64,000 nt of DNA from NCBI RefSeq assembly GCF_006345805.1, contig NC_043000.1, positions 47,182,001-47,246,000 on the forward strand, in the 5' to 3' direction. This stretch comes from Octopus sinensis. Its lineage: Eukaryota. How positions within the stretch are numbered: the stretch's first letter is position 1; each line of letters opens with the position of its first letter. The translations under genes and the position numbers were made by a program. Under the pieces are notes generated by a model. That model had not been told where the DNA came from. It saw only the letters and a list, made by a program, of their open reading frames with translations, and did no database searches. Shown here one piece after another: positions 1-12,400 of the stretch.

Positions 1-4
1 ACAT

Positions 5-45
<41 letters not shown>

Positions 46-64
46 TATAGATATACATGTACAT

Positions 65-111
<47 letters not shown>

Positions 112-130
112 TATAGATATACATGCATAC

Positions 131-166
<36 letters not shown>

Positions 167-218
167 CACACACACACACACACACACACACAAACGCACA
201 CACACACATCATTTCTTT
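1..218. repeat. Compound (TA)n/(CA)n microsatellite with a duplicated ~60-nt unit
   Basis: acatacatacatg(TA)n cagatatagatatacatg occurs twice, followed by (CA)n. Confidence 0.95.
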
Positions 219-354
219 GATATTGAGTTCTAGAGTGAATATATTATTCATAAATAAGATTGAAGTTAAGGAATAAGGGAGAATTGTTCCGTTACTAGCC
301 TGCATTTTTCTGTAAATAATATTCCGTTATATAATTCCTGCAAAGTTTCATGGA

Positions 355-573
355 AGTTTTCGTTTAAGGCCATATCTGGCCCAAATATTCTACATGTTTT
401 ATATTCAAACTGGCAATATCTAGCCTCTCACACCTAACCTACAATGTCATTCTAAATATAAACAATCGCATCATTGAAACCTCAAAGCTATAAGATAATG
501 CATGATTAATTCAAAACAATTTGAGTGAAAAAGTATTACATTTAACAGAGTAATCTGAACGCTAAAGGGTTAA
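355..573. mobile_element. piggyBac-type MITE, one end only
   Basis: Ends ctgaacgctaaaGGG-TTAA (569/570-573), i.e. a CCC/GGG terminus next to a TTAA target; the other end is not recognisable. Confidence 0.45.
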
Positions 574-972
574 AATAGGTGCACACCCTGTATTTATGTA
601 ACCAACATAATTACTTCTCTATGTAGAGGAAGATACTTGGTTCACGTGTTTCATTTCTATTTTAATACCTATGTCGAAAGCGTTGATTATTGTAAATAAT
701 TGTATAATTATGTATGATCTACTGACACACTTAAATAACATTTGTAAAATAAATGTGCAGCATCATATTGATAATGCCTATTTTATTCGGGACGATAAAG
801 ATGCTTTGTCCAGCAGAGATCTTATCACTGAAATTTAGTATCTATTTGGACACTACTTATATCAATACCATTTCAAAACTACAAAACATTGATAGTTAAA
901 TATGTGTATTTAGTTACACATTTATGAAGGAAGAGAAGGAGAGAGCCTGATGAGTAGCCGTTTTCAACGGTA

Positions 973-1350
973 TCTCTCTATATATAAACGGCAGTTTGTC
1001 TGTGCGTGTTTCTGTGTGTCTGTTTGCTTGTACCCTCACCCTGACCACGGCTTTCAACCGATTCTGATGAAACTTGACACACACATAGCCCAATGTCATA
1101 ATTCAAAACTAACGCAGCGAAAATTTTGAAAAGTTCCCCCAGTTCTGAAAAAAATCGATAAAATCGACATGGGGTCGAGAATCAGAAACAAACCACAGAA
1201 CAAACCACTGTCTAGGGGACGCAACTCAACCTTTTGTAACTAAAAAAAAATTTACCATCATTTTTTTGCTATTTTTTGGCTATAACTCTCTAAAAATGCT
1301 TTATAGTTATTTCCCTTACAAACCTGAGCAACGCCGGGCGATACTGCTAG
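973..1350 (+). mobile_element. Non-autonomous Helitron, copy 1
   Basis: A^TC start (tctctctatatataaacggcag), GTCT-like microsatellite, 3' hairpin cctg-agcaacgc-cggg then CTAG^T; near-identical to 22134-22501. Confidence 0.85.
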
Positions 1351-1548
1351 TTAGCTATATAACTGAATGAATTCATTTCCTAGTGCTATTGAAACTGTCA
1401 ACTGAAACAGCTCACTGAGAAATTATGTTACTCTCAGGCATTCACTACAACAAACATAATGATTAAGCAGGGATATACCTGATATCTTAGAGAATGCGAT
1501 TAAGTTGTGAGACGAGCTGGGCATTGTGTTAACGATAATGATGAGTAA

Positions 1549-1763
1549 GGTGGTGAGCTGGCAGAATCGTTATCACGCCGGGCAAAACGCTTTGCAGTAT
1601 TTCGCCCGTCTTACAGTTCTGAGTTCAAATTCCGCCGAAGTCGACTTTGCCTTTCATCCTTTCGGTGATTGGTAAAATAAGTACCTGCTGAACACTGGGG
1701 TCAATGTAATCGACTTAACCCCCTCCCCAGAAACTGATAGCCTTGTGCCAAAATTTGAAATCA
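1549..1763 (+). mobile_element. tRNA-derived SINE, family A
   Basis: A-box-like tggcagaatcg, B-box gagttcaaattcc, body gtcgactttgcctttcatcctttcgg shared with several other copies; ends in (TAA)n. Confidence 0.9.
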
Positions 1764-1812
1764 ATAATAATAATAATAATATAATAATATAATAATAATA
1801 ATAATAGTAGTA

Positions 1813-1862
<50 letters not shown>
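1764..1862. repeat. (TAA)n microsatellite
   Basis: Direct reading; continues at 2249-2312 and 2719-2800 on the far side of the inserted SINEs. Confidence 0.95.
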
Positions 1863-2247
1863 TGGTTGGAAGCACTCCGTCGGTTACGACGACGAGGGTT
1901 CCGGTTGATCCGATCAACGGAACAGCCAGCTCGTGAAATTAACGTGTAAGTGGCTGAGCACTCCACAGACACGTGTACCCTTAACGTAGTTCTCGGGGAT
2001 ATTCAGCGTGACACAGAGAGTGACAAGGCCGGCCCTTTGAAATACAGGTACAACAGAAACAGGAAGTAAGAGTGAGAGAAAGTTGTGGTGAAAGAGTACA
2101 GCAGGGATCACCACCATCCCTGCCGGAGCCACGTGGAGCTTTAGGTGTTTTCGCTCAATAAACACTCACAACGCCCGGTCTGGGAATCGAAACCGCGATC
2201 CTACAACCTCGAGTCCGCTGCCCTAACCACTGGGCCATTGCGCCTCC

Positions 2248-2248
<1 letters not shown>
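1863..2248 (-). mobile_element. tRNA-derived SINE, family C head with a D-type (RTE-like) tail
   Basis: Minus strand begins ggaggcgcaatggcccagtggttagggcagc...ggtttcgattccc (A/B boxes); head matches 47709-47850, tail matches 46585-46765; flanked by (TAA)n on both sides. Confidence 0.9.
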
Positions 2249-2312
<64 letters not shown>

Positions 2313-2717
2313 GGAGTGGCTGTGTGGTAAGTAGCTTGTTTACCAACCACATGATTCCGGGTTCAGTCCCACTGCGTGGCAACTTGGGCGAGTGTCTTCT
2401 ACTATAGCCTCGGGCCGACCAAAGTCTTGTGAGTGGATTTGGTACACGGAAACTGAAAGAAGCCTGTCGTATATATGTATATATATATATATGTGTGTGT
2501 TTGTGTGTCTGTGTTTATCCCTCTAGCATTGCTTGACAACCGATGCTGGTGTGTTTATGTCCCCGTCACTTAGCGGTTCGGCAAAAGAGACCGATTGAAT
2601 AAGTACTGGGCTTACAAAAGAATAAGTCCCGGGGTCGAGTTGCTCGATTAAAGGCGGTGCTCCAGCATGGCCGCAGTCAAATGACTGAAACAAGTAAAAG
2701 AGTAAAAGAGTAAAAGA

Positions 2718-2718
<1 letters not shown>
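2313..2718 (+). mobile_element. tRNA-derived SINE, family B (internal TA/TG microsatellite, (GTAAAAGA)n tail)
   Basis: Head gtggctgtgtggtaagtagc...ggttcagtccc, central gtgagtggatttggta(g)acggaaactg block (possibly Meta/MESC-like, inference), tail ggcggtgctccagcatggccgcagtc; homologous copies at 11509, 33895, 40271. Confidence 0.9.
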
Positions 2719-2760
<42 letters not shown>

Positions 2761-2804
2761 CAACAACAACAACAACAATAACAACAAAAACAACAACAAA
2801 AATC

Positions 2805-3460
2805 ACAAGAAGCGTTAAGTACGAACTATGAGGAATGCAGAATTGACAACACAACTGTGAACGACAAATGCAAAGCGAAACGGTATGGCATATTGTTAGC
2901 GAATTCCCGAAATTGGCACAACTTGATTACAAAAGACATGACGCTGTGGCAAGAATGAACCATTGGGAGCTCTGTGGAAATCACGGCCTAGAAAGGGCAA
3001 AGCTGTGGTATGAGCAAACTCCAGAAGGAGACACCGAAAATGATAATTGCAAAATCTTATGAGATGCAATGATTCAGTGCGATCACCTGATCAGACTTCG
3101 AAAACCTGTCATTGTTGTACTCAACAAAAAGGAAAAAAAACCTTGCATGATAATCTACATGGTATGTCCCAGTGACAACAGGGTCAAAGGGAAAGCAGAA
3201 CTGAACAACTATGACGATTTGAAATGGGAAATACGCAAATTGTGGGCAATGAAGAGAGTGGATGTTATATCAATATTAATTGGCATGCTTGGCAGTATCA
3301 GCACTCAACTACCAATGTGGCTTAAAAAGATTGGTACAAATGTAAAGATAGAACACCTACAACAATTATCGTCGTTTGGAACTGCAGGATTTCTCCAGAA
3401 GATTCTTGTAGCATGATCAATAAACAAGTGCCACTTTAGTCTGCAGTTTTCATCTATTAT
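2805..3460 (+). mobile_element. 5'-truncated R4/Dong-clade non-LTR retrotransposon (Zn-finger remnant plus RLE endonuclease)
   Basis: ETVWHIVSEFPKLAQLDYKRHDAVAR, ENDNCKIL(W)DAMIQCDHLIRLRKPVIVV..., ISILIGMLG; frameshifts/stops; bounded by (TAA/CAA)n. Confidence 0.85.
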
Positions 3461-3779
3461 CATAATAATAATTTCATTTATTTGCCACAGGGATTACAAA
3501 TAAAGTAGACATTATAAGAACAGTTTGTTATTTGAGTGAGGGTTTACATAAAAGATGAGGGAAAGGAAAAGAAGGGAGGGAAAAATAAGATATAGTTATA
3601 CGTAGTATACAAAATACATAAACACATATATGATCCATCTGGTACGGAGACCTTCTAACTAGAGATAATCAAGAGACCTCACAAATCCAAGATGATCGTA
3701 ACTAGGCAAAAGTTCCACCTAACTTCTGTTCCCCAATCTAAAGGCACAAGAAAATGTTTAGTCTGATCTAAAGATCACC

Positions 3780-4700
3780 CTAAACATTTTCTTCACAGTC
3801 ACCCATGGAAGAGAGCGTTTGCCTCTCTGTTCTTACTTCCCACTCCAAGTGGAATGTAAAAGAGTCGATGGGGGTTTAACTGAAGAGGGCGGTATCTTTC
3901 CTCAATTATGACAGCCTCGCCTACCACACAACATCTTTTGCAATAGCTACTAAACAGAGGAACATAACTTCTACTGCCTTGTTGAAGGTGGATGGTGGCG
4001 CTATCCCCTCCGACAGACATGGTCAATTTGTCCTATACGCGACTACAGCTGTTCAACATAACTTTAAAAATCAACACTACTCTGGCCTTGCGCGTACAAT
4101 TTTGTTGCTCTGCGCGCATCACAGTTTGTCCTGGTTGGCGGGACTTCAGTGCCTTCAAAGCTTACCTCAAACCGGCAATGCCCATTGGTATCCTGAATTG
4201 GCAATACTCCTAGAAGTTCTAGAAATTATTCATGGGCTCCAGCTCCGAAATCCTCTGAATAATACCAACCAGCTGATTTCCATTAAAGCCCAGAAGACGT
4301 CATCGCTGTTACTCACCAGTAACTCTCTATAGAATGTATTGGTGAAACGTCCCCTAATCGCATTCCTCAACAGCATTAATTGTGAGGGCTATATGTCAGA
4401 CAGTCAACACTTGATTCAGTACTGCATCTCACTCAGAAGAGATGAGCAGATGTAACAAACGGTGACCATACCTGTCCACTGTCAAAGGACGTCATAATTT
4501 CAACATATAACTACACACCATTAGCAACGCTATGCTCAGTCCTCCAGGTAGTGGGTCATGAAAGCAAACGGACCGGCGGGGTACCGGAGCTCAAGTGCTC
4601 CATTTTGGTCTGCTGCGAAGCGGAGAAAGGCAGGACGGTCGGGTAGATGGGAGATGTAAGGTAAGCATTTGCCATTTCCTTTCGATCAGTCAGGGATAGT
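3780..4700 (-). mobile_element. Highly decayed gag-like ORF1 element (L1/Tx1-type)
   Basis: GC-elevated block; one minus frame broken by stops reads FNGNQLVG...RIPMG...ALKALKSRQPGQTVMRAEQ...ARVVLIFKV...DKLTMSVGGDSATIHL, then a frameshifted possible CCHC knuckle and PWVTVKK. Confidence 0.4.
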
Positions 4701-5098
4701 TTCTTCCCGGTTCACTTCTGGGTGAATCTAACCACCCTGTTTGCTACATTTTTGCAATTCTGATCCCACTGAGGATCTGGATCAAACGAAACCAAATGCC
4801 GGGCAGCTTTTTCACTCACCCCACAGGTAAAAGTTTGAAAGAATACGAAATTTTTTCACACACAATAAAAATCGGAATTGGCTTCCACGCTAAAATCTTT
4901 GCTGGCCGGCCAACAAGAGAGGAAAGTGGGAGGTGATTTGATAGTGAAACCACTGCTGGTAGTCAACACCTTTCAGCATATATCACTTCAATCATCGTAA
5001 TGAGCAGCAGCCAGTCGAAGCAGCATTAATAGCAACAACAATGATCCTAACATAATAATACCAGTAGCAATAACAGCAACAATATTAGAGTAGAAGGA

Positions 5099-5312
5099 AG
5101 ACGGCGACTGGCAGAAACGTTAGCACGCCGAGTGAAATGCTTAGTAGTATTGTGTCTGTTTTTACGTTCTGAGTTCAAATTCTACCGAGGTCAACTTTGC
5201 CGTTCATCCTTTCGGGGTCGATAAATTAAGTACCAGTTGCATACTGGGTTCGATCTAATCGACTGGTCCCCTCCCACTTAAAATTTCGAGCCTTGTGCCT
5301 AGAGCAGAAAAT
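5099..5312 (+). mobile_element. SINE family A (Y-type tail)
   Basis: Full head/body plus tail cccctccc...ccttgtgcctagagcagaaaa. Confidence 0.9.
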
Positions 5313-8300
5313 AATGCTTGAGCAGAAGGTGTGAGAAGGCATCACCGATGGTGTTAAGAATTTTTGCTCCCAACAGTAATGGAAAGTAACTACTGGCTTT
5401 CACTACTGCCAAAACCACAACATCAACAGAAAGATGGAATGGAATAAAAAAAAAGGAGAATATTCTCCTAAAAGCATACGATTGTCTAGAGGAAAATAAT
5501 AAACAAGTGACAATGATTTAGATAACTGAACATAGATATTATGGAAACAGAAATCAGTTGAATAAGCAAGAATGAGCACAGAAAGAAAGGATACAGGTTA
5601 CGTTCTAAATATTTTACAAGTCAAATCATTCGGCAAAAATATAATTAGTCAAGGTTGGAATGAATGAGGAGACAAACTATCGATCTTCATCGTAGCCAGA
5701 TGTATTTACGTATAAAACATATCTAACACTAAGCAGGCAGAATTCCTTTGAACTACATTCTATCACAAACAAGTCGTACGAAATCATCCTCAAACTCCTG
5801 AAGAGACTATTCAGAAACCTTATTGTATTATATCTGTTCCAAAGCAGAAACAACCAGTCTTGGAGAGAAGAAATTTCAAATATGGTTCTTAAAAGGTTAT
5901 CAAGTTTGGAGGAGAAACCAACCTTAAATAAGACACTCAATTCATGGAGGTAACAATTAGATTTAACATACAATGCTTTCCATTTTCTTCTTTCTAAGTT
6001 ATTTGTATTTTTGTTTATACTTTTGCAGAAATGGCCTTTTATATATTCCTTGCTCAATCAAGACTTACCAGTTTTATACGGATAATCAGATTGATATCTA
6101 TATATCTCTCAACTGTCTATTTTTCTGCTTGCCCTTCTTATTTTTCTCTCTCCCTCCTTCTCTCTCCCCTTTCTCTTTCTTCATGTACATGTGTGTGTGT
6201 ATTAATTTAGGGCTCTCGCGGCACATCCCACAAAGCTGAAAAAGTGGCATGTAAAACCCTTTAGGATATTACAAGTTATCGAGGCCTGCTTGTGGGGGGT
6301 AACCTTCATCATTTTTGTCTGTAAAAGGGTTTTTCCAACCCATTATTTATATATTTTTGGAGCTTTATGTGAAGGTGGAAATATTCCAAACAGGAATTAT
6401 TTACGTCCTCTCGACATTATGACGTCAACAATATGTGCATGCGCGCATGCGCGTACGTCATACATACATATATATACATGCATATACATACACACAAACA
6501 TAGATATATACATATATACATATTTGTGCGCACATACGAAGAACTTCTAGGTAGTGTATGTCTAGGTTAGTCAATCTTAGACTATAGTAAAAGATTTGCC
6601 CACTATGGTATACTGGAACCACATGATGTTCTTAATCAAATAATCATATCTAAGCCGACAGCAAGCTTTTAGCCGATTAGGTTTCATCAACCCCAATGAC
6701 CTTGAGAAGCATTTTGATGGGTTAGCCGGTTAAGGATGTTATGTGGGGCATTCATTCAAGATATTCATTAATCTATGCATCTTAAAACTTGATTATTGTA
6801 GAAATTGTCCCGACTTTCTGAATGTAGGTTTTTTTTTTTTGCAATAGTGGATATTTATTACACCACTGATAACTTGCATATAATAATACCAAAACAGTTT
6901 TTAGCCTCCTTTTAGTTGGCTTACATGATTTCAAACATTAATTCTGTTTGATGGACTGGAGTTCTTTCCCTTGATTAATATATTTATTTCTGTTATGTTC
7001 GTTGATGTCCCTCTTTAATGCGTCTATTAAGGTTTCCTTTTCACAAGGTTTCTGTTCACGCTAGTTGACCTAAGTTCATTCTTACCTGCTAACCAGCGTG
7101 TTTTCTTTCTTTTTTTTTTTTTTAAATAGCGTGGAATCTTTAGTATAAGGGTCTAGCTCGTTTTCAGATGTGTCAATAACATTATTTACAAGAATAAAGA
7201 CTAAGTGAACCAAGTATTGAGCTTAATATTATTAATTCGTTAGTCGATAAGAGATGAGAAGACTGGCCTGAAAGACTGCAGTTAATGGATAATTAATTAA
7301 GGTAGCTTTGCAGCCATCTAAGCAGTTTTATGCGTATTCCCTTTGATATCAGCCATGCGCAGAATTCGTCGTGTCAGGCTCTGTCAAAAGCTCATTTGAT
7401 GTCCTGGACTTAAATTTAATTGCACCATGTCATGGAAAATAGGAGAAAGTCTGGCGTAAGTGGTTTGAACAGAAGCAGAATTATTTACTTAATTGGCTTT
7501 TTAGCAGTTGTTTATTGACTATAATTCCATTACTTTACTGACTGTCGTTATTAAAGATACAGGGATTATAGCAGATCGACTCTGGAGTCTTTCTTATGAA
7601 TAGCATCCATAAACGTGGCCCTTCACTGGAATTAATATAAGCTTCAGGTAAATCACAGCTAAAAGAAATGATGCAGAGGGCTTTATGAGTATATTACAGA
7701 CCCCTTCAGGTTTTGGGATTAGATTTTAACCTGAATCTATAGCATTATGTAGCTGCAATATTTGTTTGGTGAAAATATCATAATTTGAAGTCTTAAAGCA
7801 TAAGGTTAATGGCATATCGTTTGCATTTGACATGCGGCAATTTTCTGCAAGAGTCTGAAAGGAGACAGGTGCTAATATAGCTGTGTATTTTATCATTGTG
7901 TATGCAGTTTTATTATGTTATGTAAGGAGAATATAGAAGCAAATAAAGAGAGTGCAAGTGTCAGGCAGACGGATGGAGAATTACGTAAGAAGGAGAATAT
8001 GATTATGTACGAGACGAGAGAGCGAGGAGGAGAGAGTGTTTGTGTATGAGAGAACGCGAAAGAAATAGTGGGTGATACTGAAAGATATAAAAAAGAGAAA
8101 AAGAAGAGTGAGAGAGAGAGAGAGAAAGAGAGAGAAAAAGAGAGTTTGCAATACTCTCTCTTTGCTGGTCAATGATTGTATTGCCTGTCAGTCTTTTTCC
8201 AGGGTTAATTATCGTACTTTTTGCCTGTTTCTCTTGCAAATTGAAGTGATGTCCGGTTTGCATAAATCACCGTTTGTTTCCCACATTAATACTGCTTTTA

Positions 8301-8989
8301 CAGTTACAGAAAAAAGAGATAGTGTTTCCTACAAGAAAACTCAGAAGTGGCATTTTCATTTGTTGCTTTTTTAGTGGTCACATTTCATGAAATTTATTTG
8401 TTCATGGTCTTGCATATTTCAAGTGCATATCTTCTAATGGCTCTTTTCATTAAATTTATTGCAATGATCGATTAATTTAGCGAAATTGGCTGAGTCATCA
8501 GGACGTGGAAATGATTTGTCCTTACGGTCTGTGCTTTAAGTTCATTCGTTTGGCTCCGACTAAGTAAAGTACCTGTCCAGGGCAGGTAATTGGCAGAATT
8601 TCTGGATGAGATAGTGTGTTGTATCAGTTCTGGTTCTTTGGGCTCTGTGTTATTTGATGCTTGGTTTGGTTTAAAACGACTTCTGGTTCTTGAGAAATCT
8701 ATAGCGTTACATATTCTGTGGTTAGTATTGGGATAGTATTTTAGTATAACTCTGCCTTCCTCTAGCTACTAATGAAGTGTCACAGGTATTGTCCGTTTTT
8801 GTCCTTGAGTTAAACAGTAAAAAACATTCATTCAACCAAATACGAAAGCTAATACCATCTTGACTTAGAAAACTGGAATATTTAACATTACCACCAAAAT
8901 TATGTTCCTTAATAATTTTCACACACAAATTAATACAATCTACATAAGATTACATAAGATGATTACACTTTGAATTTTAAAAGATGAAG

Positions 8990-9260
8990 TAGACTAGCAA
9001 AATAGATCGTGCATTATATTTTTTCAGAAATGAAGCAGATTGATGAACACTGGCGGGTGCTCAAAGAGGAGAAAGGCTCGTCAGTGCTCTACCAGCATGC
9101 TCAATTAGAACTTAGAGGCTTGGTTAATAAAACAGATGGTAAAGTATTATCAACGCATAAAACAGACATGACACTTAGACAGATTACAGAGGCCACAGAC
9201 ATAGTAATAGACAGAACGAGCCTCAATCCCAACCTTCACCACTACACTATGTAACATGAC
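8990..9260 (+). mobile_element. Penelope-like element remnant, GIY-YIG endonuclease C-terminal part
   Basis: EHWRVLKEEKGSSVLYQH...KVLSTHKTDMTLRQITEATDI...LN fits the PLE pattern R..EH..S.L..H...RQI.EA..I...LN. Confidence 0.55.
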
Positions 9261-9953
9261 GTCACAAAAAACATATCTAAGATAAAATGGGGAAAATAGA
9301 GATAAAAAGTAAATAAATGAAAAAAAAACTTTATAAAAGGCACGGAGACAAACAATATATTAAGCAAAACCATCTGCACACACAGATACACAAAACACAC
9401 ATACAAAACAGATAGACACGCATACATACACGCACGTACACACACAGACACAAACGCATGCTCAGGCAGATGAGGATGTGCACCGTTGAAAGGCAGAATG
9501 AACTAAACAGAACAGGAGTTACGTGGAATGGAGAGTCACAGAAGAGGTCGCAGGACGTGAGACGAACGATTTCCAGAAATGGACATAAAATAAGAACAAT
9601 AATAAAGAAGTGAAGAACAACTATATAGTTTTTGAGTTTATATGGTAAAAAATAAACAGAACCATTCCGAAATATAACAATAAAATTAAGTAAGTTTGAA
9701 AACATAACCACCTATTCATCGGACAGGTATGTCCTCTCTTCACGTAAGCTTCTAACTTTATTTAAAACCGTAACTTAAAGATATGATCACATTGGTTTTT
9801 ATGATTGATTACTTAAAATTCCTTATACGCCACCAAGTATAATAATGAACAATTTGGTGTTAAACTTTTATTCGAAAGACCGTTGAATATATTTTTCCTC
9901 CGTCGTTTTTTACATATACATATGAATATATGTATGAAACAGAACTCGATATA

Positions 9954-9990
<37 letters not shown>

Positions 9991-10349
9991 GCACACACTT
10001 ATTGTATAATAATACAATAGCAGCAATAAATGTTGCAGAACGGGTAACATATTTGATAATGGTTTTTACTCTGAGTATCCTGTAACATTGAACACATAAT
10101 GTTAAAAATATACTTATTAATTAACAAAGTGGTCATTAAAACTCGCTGTTGACTAGCTGAGGGGAACCATGGAAACTCTATTGCAAATTGTAAATGGCGG
10201 TAGTTGAATATTTGCTGCACAACAATACATTTAGGATTGTGCAGAAGGTTAATAAACTGTGCATCAAACAAGAGAAAATACAGTATTATTTTATTAACTA
10301 TAATGCTATAAGTATGCAGTTATGAATGTATCCACCTATATGTGTGTGT

Positions 10350-11044
<695 letters not shown>

Positions 11045-11508
11045 CTCGCAAACACACACATACACACATGGTTCTGCCACGTCACCCCGTTGGAATATGA
11101 GAAGAAAAGAAAGAGTTGACACCAGAAAATGATCTTATACTCGCACATCGCATTGGCAAATATTTTTTCCCGCCTGTTCTGTCTTTCTCTATAATTTAAT
11201 TACTCTTCTACTACAAATTCAGTTCTATCTATTTCTCCCCATATCTGCTAATTTCATTGTTTCTATCGTACCGACACATAGTATCTTCGGAAATTTATTC
11301 CTCACTTAGGGAAATGCGGTCGTTTGTGTTTTTTATAAATAGTATGCAAATATATTAATAATCAGTTGTGATAAAAATCATAAATTTTTATTTTACGAAG
11401 TAAAACCAGAAAAATCACCTTCGAAATTTTAATTTAGACAAATCATTGTTTTTACTTCAAAATTCGATATCTTTAAATGAATAAAATACAATGTAAAAAT
11501 GTATATAG

Positions 11509-11922
11509 CTTTTACTTGTTTAAGTCATTTGACTGCGGCCATTCTGGGGCACCACCTTGAAAGGTTTTAGTCAAACATATTGACCTAACACTTTTTTAAA
11601 GCCTAATACTGTTTCTATCAGTGGTTTTCGCCGGGCCACTAATTAACGGGGACGTAAACATTCCACACCGGTTGTCAAGCGATGGAGGGGGATAAACACA
11701 GACACAAAGACACTCACACATTGATATATGCATACATAAATGCATACATATATATATACATATATAAATACATACAGATATACATACATCGTCTATTAGA
11801 TCCATTCACAAAGCTTTGGTCCGCCGAGGCTATAGTAAAATACACTTGCCCAAGATGCAGCGGAATGAGACTGAACCTGGGACCATGTAGTTAGGAAGCA
11901 AGATTCTTTCTACACAGCCACG
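11509..11922 (-). mobile_element. SINE family B, diverged
   Basis: Reverse complement of the 2313-2718 head, central block, internal microsatellite and tail. Confidence 0.85.
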
Positions 11923-12159
11923 CATACGCCTATGTACTCTTTCACAGTTTGTTTAGAATCCGTACTACAAGCCAGGCTCCGGTTTTTAACAGAAATACCG
12001 AAGCCTCATTACTGGAATTTGGATAACGACATGAGTCATTGCATATTTTGAATTCCAAAGTTTTGCATATTTTTCTGTTAATTTACAGATTATATGTGAC
12101 ATGTGCACATTAGCCGGCCTCGTTCTTTGCTTTTTCAGGTTGTTGTTTATACATCTACT

Positions 12160-12400
12160 AACTTAACCTAGTGCCCCAGTGATTATTGGTATAAATGTGC
12201 ATCTACAATTAACGTAACACAAATGCAGGTTCCGAAGCAGTTGTCCATAAATTTTCGTTGGTTTTTCGAAAAAGATGTTCACACCTGCTAAACTGTTAGC
12301 TTCCACGACGATACAGTTTTTCTCTTTTCTGTCCCAAATAACTCTACCAGGCTTGTTATGTTTGCACTTGCAGAAATTTTGATGGCAATGTTCCACTATA
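12160..12400 (-). mobile_element. RLE-type LINE endonuclease fragment
   Basis: KHNKPGRVIWDRKEKNCIVVE...FIPIITGALG resembles the PD..D/E..K restriction-like endonuclease C-terminus. Confidence 0.65.

Noticed and set aside
940-980. Hammerhead-like gagagc-CTGATGA-gtag-ccgttttcaacgg-ta-tctctc
   Set aside because: No GAAA or stem II, and the 3' pairing strand belongs to the adjacent Helitron
2170-2248. tRNA gene calls for SINE heads (also 46830-46903 and 47709-47770)
   Set aside because: A/B boxes are present but followed by SINE bodies and no complete cloverleaf; they are SINE heads
5798-5832. CTGAAGA...GAAAC...GTA motif
   Set aside because: Stem II does not close and stem I does not pair
5677-6057. 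126-aa minus-strand ORF and an overlapping open plus frame
   Set aside because: No recognisable motif or good splice sites; consistent with chance
7353-7455. Segment with a strong GTAAGT donor
   Set aside because: Stops in all three frames; can only be a UTR exon, not supportable from sequence alone
9028-9138. Apparent phase 1-1 host exon (ttttcag|AAATG...GATG|gtaaag)
   Set aside because: The frame continues past the donor into LRQITEAT.I...LN, a Penelope GIY-YIG C-terminal pattern; better explained as a TE remnant
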